58,385 bases of DNA from Malacoraja senta. Lineage: Eukaryota. Of this stretch, positions 47,326-58,385 are shown in pieces. The first letter of the stretch is position 1, and every line of letters begins with the position of its first letter. The stretch is from assembly GCA_038087875.1 (NCBI GenBank), contig JAXLNO010003785.1, positions 1 through 58,385 of the forward strand, read 5' to 3'. The translations under genes were made by a program, and so were the position numbers. Under the pieces are notes generated by a model, which worked only from the letters and a program-made list of their open reading frames with translations, did not search any database and was not told the origin of the DNA.

Positions 47326-48234
47326 ATGGCTGTGAGGTCTCGCCGACCGTGGATGAGCGTGGTGCTGGGGTTGGTGCTGGGATTCACTGCCGCTTCGTGG
47401 CTCATCGTGCCCAGGGTGGTGGAGATCAACGGCAAGAACAAAAGGATCTCTAACATCTGCCATTCCTTGCTGAGCAGATCGGGGCTGGCGAGGGAGGCAG
47501 AGGCGGGCGGCAGCAACAGCAACAGCAACAGCAACAGCAGGAGCCTGGACTGGCACAAGGACACGGCGTTGTACAACAAGCTGCGGCAGCGAGAGGAGGC
47601 AGAGGAAGAGGGCGAGGAAGAGGACGAGGAGGCAGAGGGAGGGCGAGGGGCGAACAGCAAGCGCTTCCTCTACGTCGGGGTGATGACAGCCAAGAAGTAC
47701 CTGGACTCTCGGGCGGTGGCCGCTTACCGGACCTGGGTGCCATCCATCCCCGGCAAGGTGGAGTTCTTCTCCAGCGAGGGCTCCGATCAGATGCCGCTGC
47801 CCGCGCCCATCCCGCTGGTGTCGCTGGCCGGGGTGGACGACTCGTACCCGCCGCAGAAGAAGTCTTTCATGATGATCAAGTACATGCACGACCTTTACCT
47901 GGAGCGCTACGAGTGGTTCATGCGAGCGGACGACGACGTTTACATCAAGGGCGAGCGGCTGGAGGAGTTGCTGCGAACTCTCAACAGCAGCCAGCCGCTG
48001 TACCTGGGGCAGACCGGCCTGGGCACCAGCCAGGAGCTGGGCAAGTTGGCCCTGGAGCCGGGCGAGAACTTCTGCATGGGAGGTCCCGGCATGATCTTCA
48101 GCCGGGAGGTGCTGCGCCGTATGGTACCGCACCTGGCCGAGTGCTTGGGCCAGATGTACACCACCCATGAGGACGTGGAGCTCGGCAGGTGCGTGCGGAG
48201 GTTCGGCGGCACCCAGTGCGTCTGGTCGTATGAG
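47326..48234 (+). CDS. CHSY3: Chondroitin sulfate synthase 3, first coding exon (303 codons, phase-0 donor GAG|gtgaga)
   Basis: MAVRSRRPWMSVVLGLVLGFTAASWL N-terminus diagnostic of CHSY3; FLYVGVMTAKKYL, DDSYPPQKKSF, WFMRADDDVYIK (DxD), FCMGGPG, HEDVELGRCVRRFGGTQCVWSYE. Confidence 0.95.
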
Positions 48235-48290
48235 GTGAGAGGAGCGCGGGGATGCCTGCTGACCAAGCCGCCCATAACGCCAGTCCATCA

Positions 48291-48620
48291 CCCCCCAGCG
48301 CCAACCCTCATCCCCCAGCTCCAAAACCTCACCCCCAACGCCAGCCCTAGAACCCAAATGCACCCCTCACCCCCAACGCCTACCCTCATCCCCCAGCTCC
48401 AAAACCTCACCCCCAACGCCAGCCCTAGAACCCAAATGCACCCCTCACCCCCAACGCCAACCCTCATCCCCCAGCTCCAAAACCTCACCCCCAACGCCAG
48501 CCCTAGAACCCAAATGCACCCCTCACCCCCAACGCCAACCCTCATCCCCCAGCTCCAAAACCTCACCCCCAACGCCAGCCCTAGAACCCAAATGCACCCC
48601 TCACCCCCAGCGCCTACCCT
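48291..48620 (+). repeat. 78-bp C-rich minisatellite, ~4 copies, at the start of CHSY3 intron 1
   Basis: Unit ccccca(g/a)cgcc(a/t)accctcatcccccagctccaaaacctcacccccaacgccagccctagaacccaaatgcacccctca, followed by degenerate C-rich repeats to ~49620. Confidence 0.93.
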
Positions 48621-51600
48621 TGACCCGCAACACAGCCCTCGTCCAAGGCAAGCCCTCGACCCAAATGCCAACCCTCACCCCCCCCCCCGTAAGACCAGAC
48701 TTGATCCCCAAGACCAGCCCTCATCCCCCAATGTCAACCCTCATCCCCCAAAACTAACTATTGCCTCCCAACTCCAGCCCTCGCCCCCCACATCAACAAT
48801 CGCCTCCCGATATCACCCCTTGCCCTTCGTCACCAGGCATCGTCCCAAGACCATCTCTCCCCACTATTCCTATCACCACCTGCTCTTGCCCCCTTCCCCA
48901 CCCCCCGCACACCCCCTTCCCCCACTCTTCACCCCTTCCCCCACACCCCCACTTTTCACCCCCTCCCTCCACTCTTCACCCCCAATCTTTATCCCCGTTC
49001 CCCCACCTCCCCTCTTCAACCCCCTTCTCCGCACCCCCCACTCTTCTCCCCTCCCCCACTCTTCTCCCCTCCCCCACTCTTCACCCCCTCTGCCCCACTC
49101 TTCACCCACTTCCCCCCCCCCACTCTTCACCCCCTCTTTTAACCTTCCAAGCCCGTATTAACCGCCCCCCGCTCCTCCTGAAACTCTTCATCCCCTCTCC
49201 CACTCCTTACCCCTTCCTACACCTCAACCGCCCAGGCTTCAACCCCCCATGATCATCACCACTCCACTTCACCCCCCACTGTTCATTCCCCTAGTCTTCA
49301 CCCCACCGCGCTAATCCATCCATCCCGGTCCTCTCCGTCCCTCCCTCCGCCCATGCTCTCCCCCTCTCTGCCCACACTCTTCCTCCATCTGCTCTCTCCC
49401 TACTTCTCTTGCTGCCCCACCTGCTTTTGCTGCTCCTCCCCCATCCTCTCTCCACCTCCCTTTGTTTTTCCTCCTCATGCCCTTGCTCCCACTCCCCAAT
49501 GACTCTTAGCTGTTCTTCCCTGGCCCCCTCCCACTCAGCCTCCCTCTCCCACCCACACTATCCCAGACCCTTTCCTACGCTCATCCCCTCCCCCTGTCCC
49601 GCCCTTCTCTTGTTATACACCTCGGGGTGGGCTGTGGGAGGGGTCAGTGTCCTGGTGGTGTGTGTGTGTGTGACTGTTCTCTGTTACTTCAAATTATTCC
49701 TTCCTTTGTAAATTGCAATGCACTTTAGTTTGTAGCTGTGCCAACGTTAATCAAAGGATAACAGAACTACAGTGATATTGTAAGAACATCAACATGGTGT
49801 TAAATGTGGTATTTTGATTATATTGTGTTCAATAATAGTGAAGTTAGTGTTTATTTTTGTGTGGGTATGATTTTAGTTATGCTTTATTATATCCATTCAT
49901 CTGCATTAGAGGCACAGGGTATTGTTTTAACCTGTTGTTTCAGTGTACTGTTCATTCAGTATACTGTTTCCTCTCTTTCTTTAAATTACAGTTTTACTGA
50001 CCAAGAAGATACAAGAATATTCTATAAGATCCTAAGACATATCAAACATGTGGTAAAGTAAAGACAGACAATGTCATCCCAGGTCAATTCATTGAGTTTT
50101 AACGCTGTGATTGCAGAATAGTTCTGAAGATCACCACAGATCAAAACAATAATGGTGGTTATATTTTTTTGTAATCAATCACTAGAATTTGGAATTGATA
50201 ACTAACTTATTCATAGAAAGTGAATTGAATTCTACAGTGGTAGTAAATAATGGATTTAGCATTTCAAGAGAAGATAACAATGCTAAAGTTGGAGTTACAA
50301 ACTAAAATATGTGGTTAAAAATATTTTGAAATGGTTTTATTACATAAAGCAAAACCATCCATAAAGTAAAGGTTTGGGGGAAATAATTTTTTGAATATCG
50401 AAGCTATAATTTTTCGTGAACCCCCTAATCTATGCTTTCAAAGTAAGTTGGCAGAGAATTTAAGATGTAGAGCAGTATTCACTAACTTTTGACTAGTGGC
50501 CGAATGAGCCCCCCATGAGCTACTATCTTTAAAAACTAATGAATTATTATTCAGTGGGCAACCTCAACTTTGATTACTGACAGAATCTGGGAGTTAATAA
50601 ACAAGAGTTTCAGAAGTGGGAAGACCTTTTAAAGCCTATTTGGCACATCCACCAGGGTCATTCCCATTTGGGTTTTGGATGGGCCCATTGATCTGCAAGT
50701 AATGGATCACATGCAAGCAGAGGGGTTAGTTTAACTCGGCATCATGTTCGGCATGGACATTGTGGGCCAAAGGGTATGTTCCTGTTCTGTACTGTTCTAT
50801 GTCCTTATATGACTGAATCCTATTTATTTTCTCCTACAAACTAGTTGTAGTTACTTAACCACTATGCTGATCTATATGGTTATCACACTTTTAGTTTAAA
50901 AAACCCCAACACAAATGGCACTTCATTTATTTTATTATTATTATAAATATATAATTCCCCATGTTAGTGAGTATATGGCAGAAAATTGTAGTCTGCTCCA
51001 ATTTGCTTATTTGCTTATAATTTCAGAGGGTCCTTATGTCTGCACAATGCATGTTAAAAATGGGCAAGCAATGCCTTAGAGTTGATACTTTAGAACCTGT
51101 TGGATTTCATTGGCATTGTAATGCCCACATCAGGAGGTAAAATAGTAAGAAGTGCAACAGTCATCTTCTTGTCTTAATGTTGACCATCTTTCCGAACTAG
51201 CTTTATGGCACATTCTTGTAAAATTTTGACCAAATTTTAAAAGGTTTGTTTAATGCATTTATCTGATGAAATTTTATCTTAAGTAGTGTAGTTTGTAAAT
51301 ATTTACACTCAAGCAGATTGAATGAAAATACATCTCTGGTTCCACGATGGGGACAATGTCGTTCTCGGGGAGAGACGTTTCTCCAAACATGCACCTCAGT
51401 GGTTTAAGGCATTACTGCAGTTTAAAGTTCCCCCACCCTTTACATTGGTTTAGTTGATTTTAGTTCAATCACTAGTTCGATCACTAATGGAAGCGGGAAG
51501 CAACACGTTCCTTGCTCAAAATATATAGTAGCAATGTTTTATTATCACCATCGGTTTCTTTTGGGAAATATCTGAAACACAATTTAATCTCCATTACATT

Positions 51601-52879
51601 TGTGCATGGTTGATGAAATAGAGGTTAATTCTGCAGGGAGCCTTTGTTTCCTTTTGACAGGTTATGAATATTGGTTCTTAAACTTGAAACTTTAGATTTT
51701 AATGTAATATTATTGATTTATTTTGTGGTAAGTTTAATTGGTTTCAATTAATTGCATTCTTCAATGGAGGAGTAAGCAGTCTTAAAGGCAAAGTGTTAAA
51801 GGCAGATGTGGTCTCCGAAACGATTGACTCAGAATTTCTTTCCACCATAAGAAACCATGATGATGTTAAACCTCTGCTGTATATTTTTATTTGGGAAGAG
51901 CCATAGATGATGCATGAGGTTTTACTGCGGGATTTTGTGAACTGCAAATCTTGATAATTTGTGATGCTTTTAAGTTACATCTTGCAGAACACACATTTAG
52001 CTCATCTCCATGGTTTATCCTGTACATCAAGAAGCCAGAGACTGCAAGTCTTTCCTCCTTTTACACTGAGCTGCTGCTAAACTTCTAAATACAGGACTGT
52101 GTATGACCCTTTAGTAATTTTTTAGATGCATTGCGCTTGGGGGAATAAACTGAAATCAGTATCTGTGAACAATGAAAGCTATATTTAACATGGTTAATGA
52201 TGTTGTCATAATGAGCCTAAAATGATGGTCGAATTGTTTCAGATGTCATGATAAATTAGGCAAACTAAAGGACTTAAAAATGAACAATATATGTTCTTTT
52301 TGGATCTGTATTTTTCTGAGATTTGTGTGTTTTGTGCTGTTCCTGGCACTAAATACCATGCTAGTGTGATCCCCCCCCTCCATTTTTGTGTATGTTCTTC
52401 ACAGCAAGTTCAGTAAGCCAGATCAATACTATTCCTTTGTTGTTTAAAAGCACGTTACAATTATGTCAATATTCCATTAATTTTTAAAAATATATAATTA
52501 TTGTGGTGAAATTGGGGCAAACCTTTCAATTTCCCATTCATGAATGGTGATTAGATGAGCCACTCCTTTGTCTTGGCAATGGCAGCAACAAATGTAATGA
52601 ATTCCAAGGAAGATGCACTGATGATGAATTTTTTTATGGTGAATAATGTGTGGAATGGATGTAAGGAGTGTAAAGACATGTAAAATAAAATTGGTTTAGA
52701 TTAGGAAGGAGAAGGGGCAGCATAGAAAAGAACTGAGTAGGCTCACAAGTTATAGGAGTCGAATTAGGCCATTCGGCCCATCAAGTCTACTCAACCATTC
52801 AATCATGGCTGATATCGGCCTCCTATTCCTATTTTCCTGCCTTTTCCCCATACCCCTTGACACCCGTTCTACAGGAATT

Positions 52880-54130
52880 CGGTCTGGGATAATTGGAATG
52901 CCCACGTAAAAGGGAAATGGAATAAAGTGCGGCCTTTAAAGAAGAAATAGTTCAGTACAGTCGAGGTACAAATTGAGGAACCAAAAAGTTGATCAATGCA
53001 TGGAGGCCGAGGGCAAAATTGAAATATTTCATCAGTATTAAAGAGGCACATTGTGTGTGATTAGCCTAATTTTATGGATATGATGTGCATGAATTTTCAC
53101 AAGATGTTTGATAAGCACCCACATAAAAGGATAATTAGTAAATTAGCAAAACTGAAGTCTCTTAAATTGAGTATAAAAGTCAGGAAGTCGTGGTGCAGCT
53201 TTATAGGAGTTTGGTTAGGCCGCATTTGGAGTAGTGCAGTTCTGGTAACCTCATTACAGGAAGCGTGTAAAGATTTGGGAAGGATGCCGAGAAGGATATC
53301 TACAGGGAGACGTTGGATAGACTTTGATTTTCTCTGCCGTGGGAAAACTTGATAGAAGTATATAAAATGATTAGAGGCAGAGACAAGATAATCAGTCGTA
53401 ATCTTTTTTCCCAGGATGGAAAAATCAAACACTAGAGGGCAGAACTTTAAGATGTGTGAACTAAAGATTAAAGGACATGTGTGGGAAAGTTTTTTTTTAT
53501 ACAGAGGGTGGTGAGTACATGGAATACACTGTAAGGAGTGGTGGTTGAAGCAGATACGTTATTGGCATTAAAAGGACTTTTGGATAGGTGTATGCATATG
53601 GAGGGATATGGGTTATGTGCAGGTAGATAAATGATGACATCATGTTCACCACAGATATTGTGGGCCGAATTGCCTGTTCTTGTGCTGTACTGTTCTATGT
53701 TCTAAGAGGAAAAAAACTTTTTTTTAGGAACAGAAAGCAGAGAATCATAGTAGACGCATTTTTAAACTGGAGTGAGGAAAATGATGATGTTCCCCGAGGC
53801 CTGATTTTGGGGCACTGCTGTTTTGAGTTGATTCTGGGAGTGCAAAGTAATATTTAAAAATGTACTTATGGTACTAAAGTTGGAATTGCGGTAAACTGTG
53901 AGTAGCAGTGGCCTTGAGAGGAATGGGCAGCTGTGGCAGATGAAATGAACACAGAAACATATGAACTAATAAATTAGGCACGAAAAAGGTGATAGCACAA
54001 GTTGAGAATGTGTTTAAACATTTGAGAGTGTAAGAGCAAAGAGGTTACATTGAACCCTTGAGGCACCATTTGGCCACATCTTGAGTACTTTATCCAATTC
54101 TGGACACTTCACTTTAGAAAGGTTTCAAAT
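52880..54130 (+). mobile_element. Nested old CR1 fragments
   Basis: Decayed F.K.FDK.PH, RPHLE and LIEVYK remnants; tail tgttctatgttcta at ~53690. Confidence 0.6.
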
Positions 54131-54133
54131 GTC

Positions 54134-54697
54134 CTTAATTAAGGTACAGTGATATTCGTATTACCATACAGCCATACTGAAAAAAGCAACAAGACACACA
54201 ACTACATAAGTTAACATAAACATCCACCACAGCAGATTCCACATTCTTCACTGTGATGGAAGGCAATAAAGCCTAATCTTCTTCCCTCATTTTTCTCCCG
54301 CGGTCGGGGCAGTCGAACCATCCGTTGGGGCGATTGAAGCTCCCGCGTTGGGGCGGTCGAAGCTCCTGCGGCCTGGAGCTCCAGAATTCGGTCTCTAACC
54401 AGGGACTGCCAGCTCACGATGTTAAAGTCCCGTATGCTATCGCAGTTGGAGCGCCAGAAGTCGGTCTCCAGCAAAGGCCTCCAGCTCATCGATGTTAGGC
54501 CGCAGTGCGGACGGAGATACGATACGGAAAAAAAACGCATCTCCGTCGAGGTAAGAGATTTTTAAAAAAGTCTCCCCAACCCCGCCACTGACCCCACATA
54601 ATACGCTAATGAACACTAAAAACATGCCTTTAACACATACTAAAGAAACAACAGAGAAGAAAGGGACAGACAGACTGTTGGCGAGGCAGCTATTGCA
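54134..54697 (-). mobile_element. SINE-like element with Rex1/Babar-type tail
   Basis: Reverse complement ends tgccttccatcacagtg...gtatggctgtatggtaat..cactgtacc, the same tail as 19480-19835. Confidence 0.6.
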
Positions 54698-57139
54698 AAT
54701 GATTGTCCCAGAAATAATTTGAGAATGGTTCTGGTTGATTACTGCGCAAACACCTCATCAGTGGTTAACTCGCACAGGTTTTAGGAGGAGGGGGTTTTGG
54801 TTGAGGGGGGGGGAACCAGAGAATCATGAACTAGAGTCATACAGTGTGGAAACAGGCCCTTCAGCCAAAATTGCCCACACCAACTAACATGCCCCATATA
54901 AATTAGTCCCACCTGTCTGAGTTTGGCCCATATCCCTCCAAACCTATCCTATCCATGTACCATGTCTAAATGTTTCTTAAATGTTGTGATACTGCCTGCC
55001 TTATCTGTTCCTCCACAGGGCACTTGATTAAGTTTTTCCCAAAATGTTTTCTTTTAATTTGTAAAATTTGGAAGTAATCCTTCCAAAATGCTAATAATGC
55101 AAATGCATATACATTTCTAAAATTCACTTAAAGTGTGCACAACAGCACTAATTGGAGGGAAAACAGTTCTTCCTTTGAGTAGTTCTTTCAACAAAATCAC
55201 AAATTAACTAAATGGCAATGAACTGGGGTAAATTATTCAGCGATAGCCAAACAATACCGTAATTCAATTTGATACCGTAAATTAGTTGCATGCATAAATC
55301 AAATAACATTTTTATTACTCTTCACATAATTACAATTTTGATTGCCATGAGAAAGCAGTATCTTAATGTATGAATACTTGTGGAAGTGATGCTGGAGAGA
55401 GGTCAGATGTTGGACAGAAAGAAATGTTACCATGTAACTTTTGCCTCAGATACTATTTAACTGAAAGTTATACCTGAATCTTTCCTTGGATGAATTCCTT
55501 ACCTCATTTCGACAATAGCTCAGGATCATCTTCTTCTTGCGTATGGCGTGCACAGCCTAAAGTTGTGGGACAACTTGTTCTACTTGATCTCATTTGATTG
55601 TGCACACCAGTTTGATAGCATTCATCGAAAAAGGGCGGACCAAGTGAAGGTTGCAATCTCCCACCCCATAGCTCAGGATGAATTATCTGAAACAATTATA
55701 CTTTTCACCTTGTGGGTTAACGAACAGAATTGTTACAAATGCCTTTAGCTAATCAATGGGAATGCCATAATTTCAGTTTTGGACATCCATTGTCCAGCGT
55801 ATGCATTCCCAGGATGTGTCGAGCCTAGTTGAATGCTCTGCTATAGTTTTCTGCAAGGCATTGAAAGAATTAGATTTGTTTCGGTGTATTTTTCCTTTGA
55901 ATTGGCAGTTCAAATTACTTTGGTCTGCTGTAGGGTTTTTGTAGATTATGAGTGAATTTCTCAGATATAGTATCAAAAAGCCTTGATTAGAATCTGTTGC
56001 TTGAGATACACCCCAATCCATCCCAGCATTGTGCTTTAATTCCATTGTACCAAAAATCCTCCCCCGATTTTTCCATGGCACAAAGAATCCTCCCCCGATT
56101 TTGCCATGGCAGTTTTTTTTCCATGGTAATTTTTTCTGACATGATTGTTCCATACAACCCTCGAAGATCATTACCTAATTCTTAATTATTTCTCCCACAA
56201 AGCAGACGTCCAACTAAAATGTTAATGTGGTATTAGCAATCCTAAAGACATTTTATTTTTTCATTTTTCTCAGATTTGGTTGAGTGCTCATCCAACCAAT
56301 TACTGAATGTAATATTGATTATAATCTTAAATCATGGAGATGAAGGGGAAAATAAAAGCCACTCAGTAGGCTGAGCTATTTTCAGGGGAAAGCTGTTAAA
56401 TATCCAAGTTTTGTGGGCTCATTTATTCTGCCTTTGTGATGGAGATGTGTCTCCCCTGGTATCAATCTTAAGAAATCTTTGAGCCTGTAAATAGTGTTAA
56501 CTGAAAATTGCATGATTCAAATTATGTTTGCCATTTATAGAATTTTCCTCTGAGTCGCTTCATTTTCACACTCCTAACAGGTTTTGCCCTCTGTATGTTT
56601 CCGATGCCAAACCACAAGATGTGAACTGGGTTAAGAGAGAGAATACAAATCTATAGTGAACAGATTCCAATGTCTGTGCTGTTTCATGGATTACTTGGGT
56701 GAATACAAATTATTGCAAAATTGTCTGAAGTGAAGCTGGATTTTAGAACAGTATGCCTTTACAAACAACTGTATGGCTTTGGTCTGCTGTCCTGTGCTCC
56801 CTTGCTAAGCAATTTTCATTTGATTGCAGCATAAACTTGAACTTTCAGAAGTGTCAGAACAAGATTCTCTTTGTTTCCAGCAGCTGTTTGTTCTTATGAG
56901 AGCAATTTGAAAAATGCCTCGGCCAATTCAGAAATTCTCAGCCAAAAAGCAGGAAACCAGCAGAAGATAAGGTCATTGTCCATACGAGCTTTTAATGTAC
57001 ACTATCTAATGGTTTTCTGGGAAAATTACAACGTGATGAATCAGGCCTACCCTGGTATTTCGCAGCTGGAGCATTTCTTCTTTTCTTCAATGGATTCTCA
57101 AAAGTATCATCTTAACAAGATGTGTTTAAGGCTAAACAT

Positions 57140-58290
57140 GGGTATATAATAAACTTTTGGTCCATGGACTTGGGGGTCTCCATCTGCAACTGGCTTCTGG
57201 ACTTGCATACCATTAGACATTGGTTAAAGTTGGTCATAGCATTTCTTCCATCATGACCCTTAACACTCGGGCTCCTCAGGGTTGCATGCTCAGTTCCCCT
57301 TGGTCTACCTCCTGTACACCCATGACTGTAGCCTAGTACAAGAGCAACTTGATCTTCAAGTTTGCAGATGATACCAGCGTTGTCAGCCAGATCTACAACA
57401 ACTGTGAGGTGATGCACAATGAGTTGTGGTGTCAGGACAATAAACTAGCCTTTAATGTCAACAAGATGATGGACACAAAGTGCTGGAGTAACTCAGCGGG
57501 TCAGGCAGCATCTCTGAGAAAAGGAATTGGTGACATTTCGGGTGGAGAGCCTTCATCTGATGAAGGGTTTCAACCAAAAACCTCACCTATTCCTTCTCTC
57601 CAGAGATGCTGCCTGAACCACTGAGTTGCTCCAGCATTTTGTGTCTATCTTCGGTGTAAACCAGCATCTGCAGCTCCTTCTTACACAAACAAGTTGGTTG
57701 TTGACCAAATGAAGCACATGGGTGAACACAACCTTGTCCTCATAAATAGAGCTGCTATAGAGATGGTCGACAGCCTTAGGTTCCATGGCATCCATGTCGC
57801 TAGCATCCTAACTTGGTCTCTTCACACTGATGCGTTGATCAAGAAAACACATCAGTGTATTTACTCTCTTAGGCATCTGAGAAGAGTTGGTATGTCCATG
57901 AAGAATTTCTTCAACCTCTACAGATGTACTATGGAAAATATTCTGACATGATGCATCTTAGTCAGGCATGGCATCTACCCTGCTTTTGACCATCTAAACC
58001 TGCAGAGCAGCTCATCGGGTCCTTGTTGGTTGGTGCGAAGGCCTGTGTCCATCCATGCTGTCTCTCTAAACTAAACTTCCATCCAGTTCATCTTCCATCC
58101 AGTGCATTGACACAGGAACGGTGGAAATATTGTCAAGGATGTCTGCCACCCTGGCCATTTCCTTTTCTTCTTTTCTACCTTCTGGGTGGAAATACTGGAG
58201 TTTGAAAACTCCGATGACGAGACTTAAAAACAGCTTTTCCCCCACTGCTGTCAGACTCCTGAACCAGTCACCTTTTTTGCAAACCATTGC
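57140..58290 (+). mobile_element. Old Rex1/Babar LINE RT fragment, interrupted by a fold-back Penelope-derived element (~57468-57687)
   Basis: CNW.LD, GAPQGC-like, KFADDTSVV, KKTHQCIYSLRHLRR, RLKNSFSPTAVRLLN. Confidence 0.75.
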
Positions 58291-58292
58291 TA

Positions 58293-58385
58293 AAGGTGCT
58301 GCCAACATTGGGTGAGAGTTGGGAGTGAGAAATTGCGAGAGAGCAAGCCGAGGGGACCGTAGTGACCGGGGGAGGGGGGGGGAGG
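58293..58385 (-). mobile_element. Right end of a second copy of the CAGGGCTGCCAAC transposon family (opposite orientation, runs off window)
   Basis: ggtgctgccaacattgggtgagagttgggagtgagaaattgcgagagagc matches the reverse complement of 24317-24376. Confidence 0.78.

Noticed and set aside
46620-48363. Long antisense ORFs (346 aa, 376 aa)
   Set aside because: Shadow frames of GC-rich CHSY3 coding and UTR sequence, low complexity, no recognisable domain.
48291-48620. CRISPR-like array
   Set aside because: Contiguous tandem units without unique spacers, in a vertebrate intron.
47170-49161. 663-aa ORF as a complete single-exon protein
   Set aside because: It starts at a non-ATG codon 52 codons before the conserved MAVRSRR start and runs past a conserved splice donor into repeat DNA.

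Overview
Repeat-dense eukaryotic genomic DNA. The repeat content (HE1-type tRNA SINEs, young CR1 LINEs, Penelope-derived short elements) points to a cartilaginous fish, probably a skate or ray. There are two assembly gaps (778-934 and 21759-21970). I can support two host coding segments. One is the first coding exon of chondroitin sulfate synthase 3 (CHSY3; + strand, 47326-48234), with a CpG-island promoter/5'UTR and the start of its long intron. The other, missed by the ORF track, is an intact terminal exon of a MINAR-family gene, most likely MINAR2 (- strand, 13362-13541); I could not find its upstream exons. The rest is mostly transposable elements. These include a DIRS1-type tyrosine-recombinase retrotransposon with intact ITRs and internal complementary region, plus a truncated second copy; CR1, Rex1/Babar, L2 and RTE LINEs; and many Penelope-derived elements carrying minimal hammerhead ribozyme cores, some as fold-backs. 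A 3.95-kb composite non-autonomous DNA transposon has 13-bp TIRs, a 6-bp TSD and three stacked left ends. Other notable structures are an apparent CR1 3' transduction nested in another CR1 and a ~313-bp templated local duplication. I found no convincing wholly new protein-coding system; the strongest leads are these element architectures and the two gene-structure anomalies.
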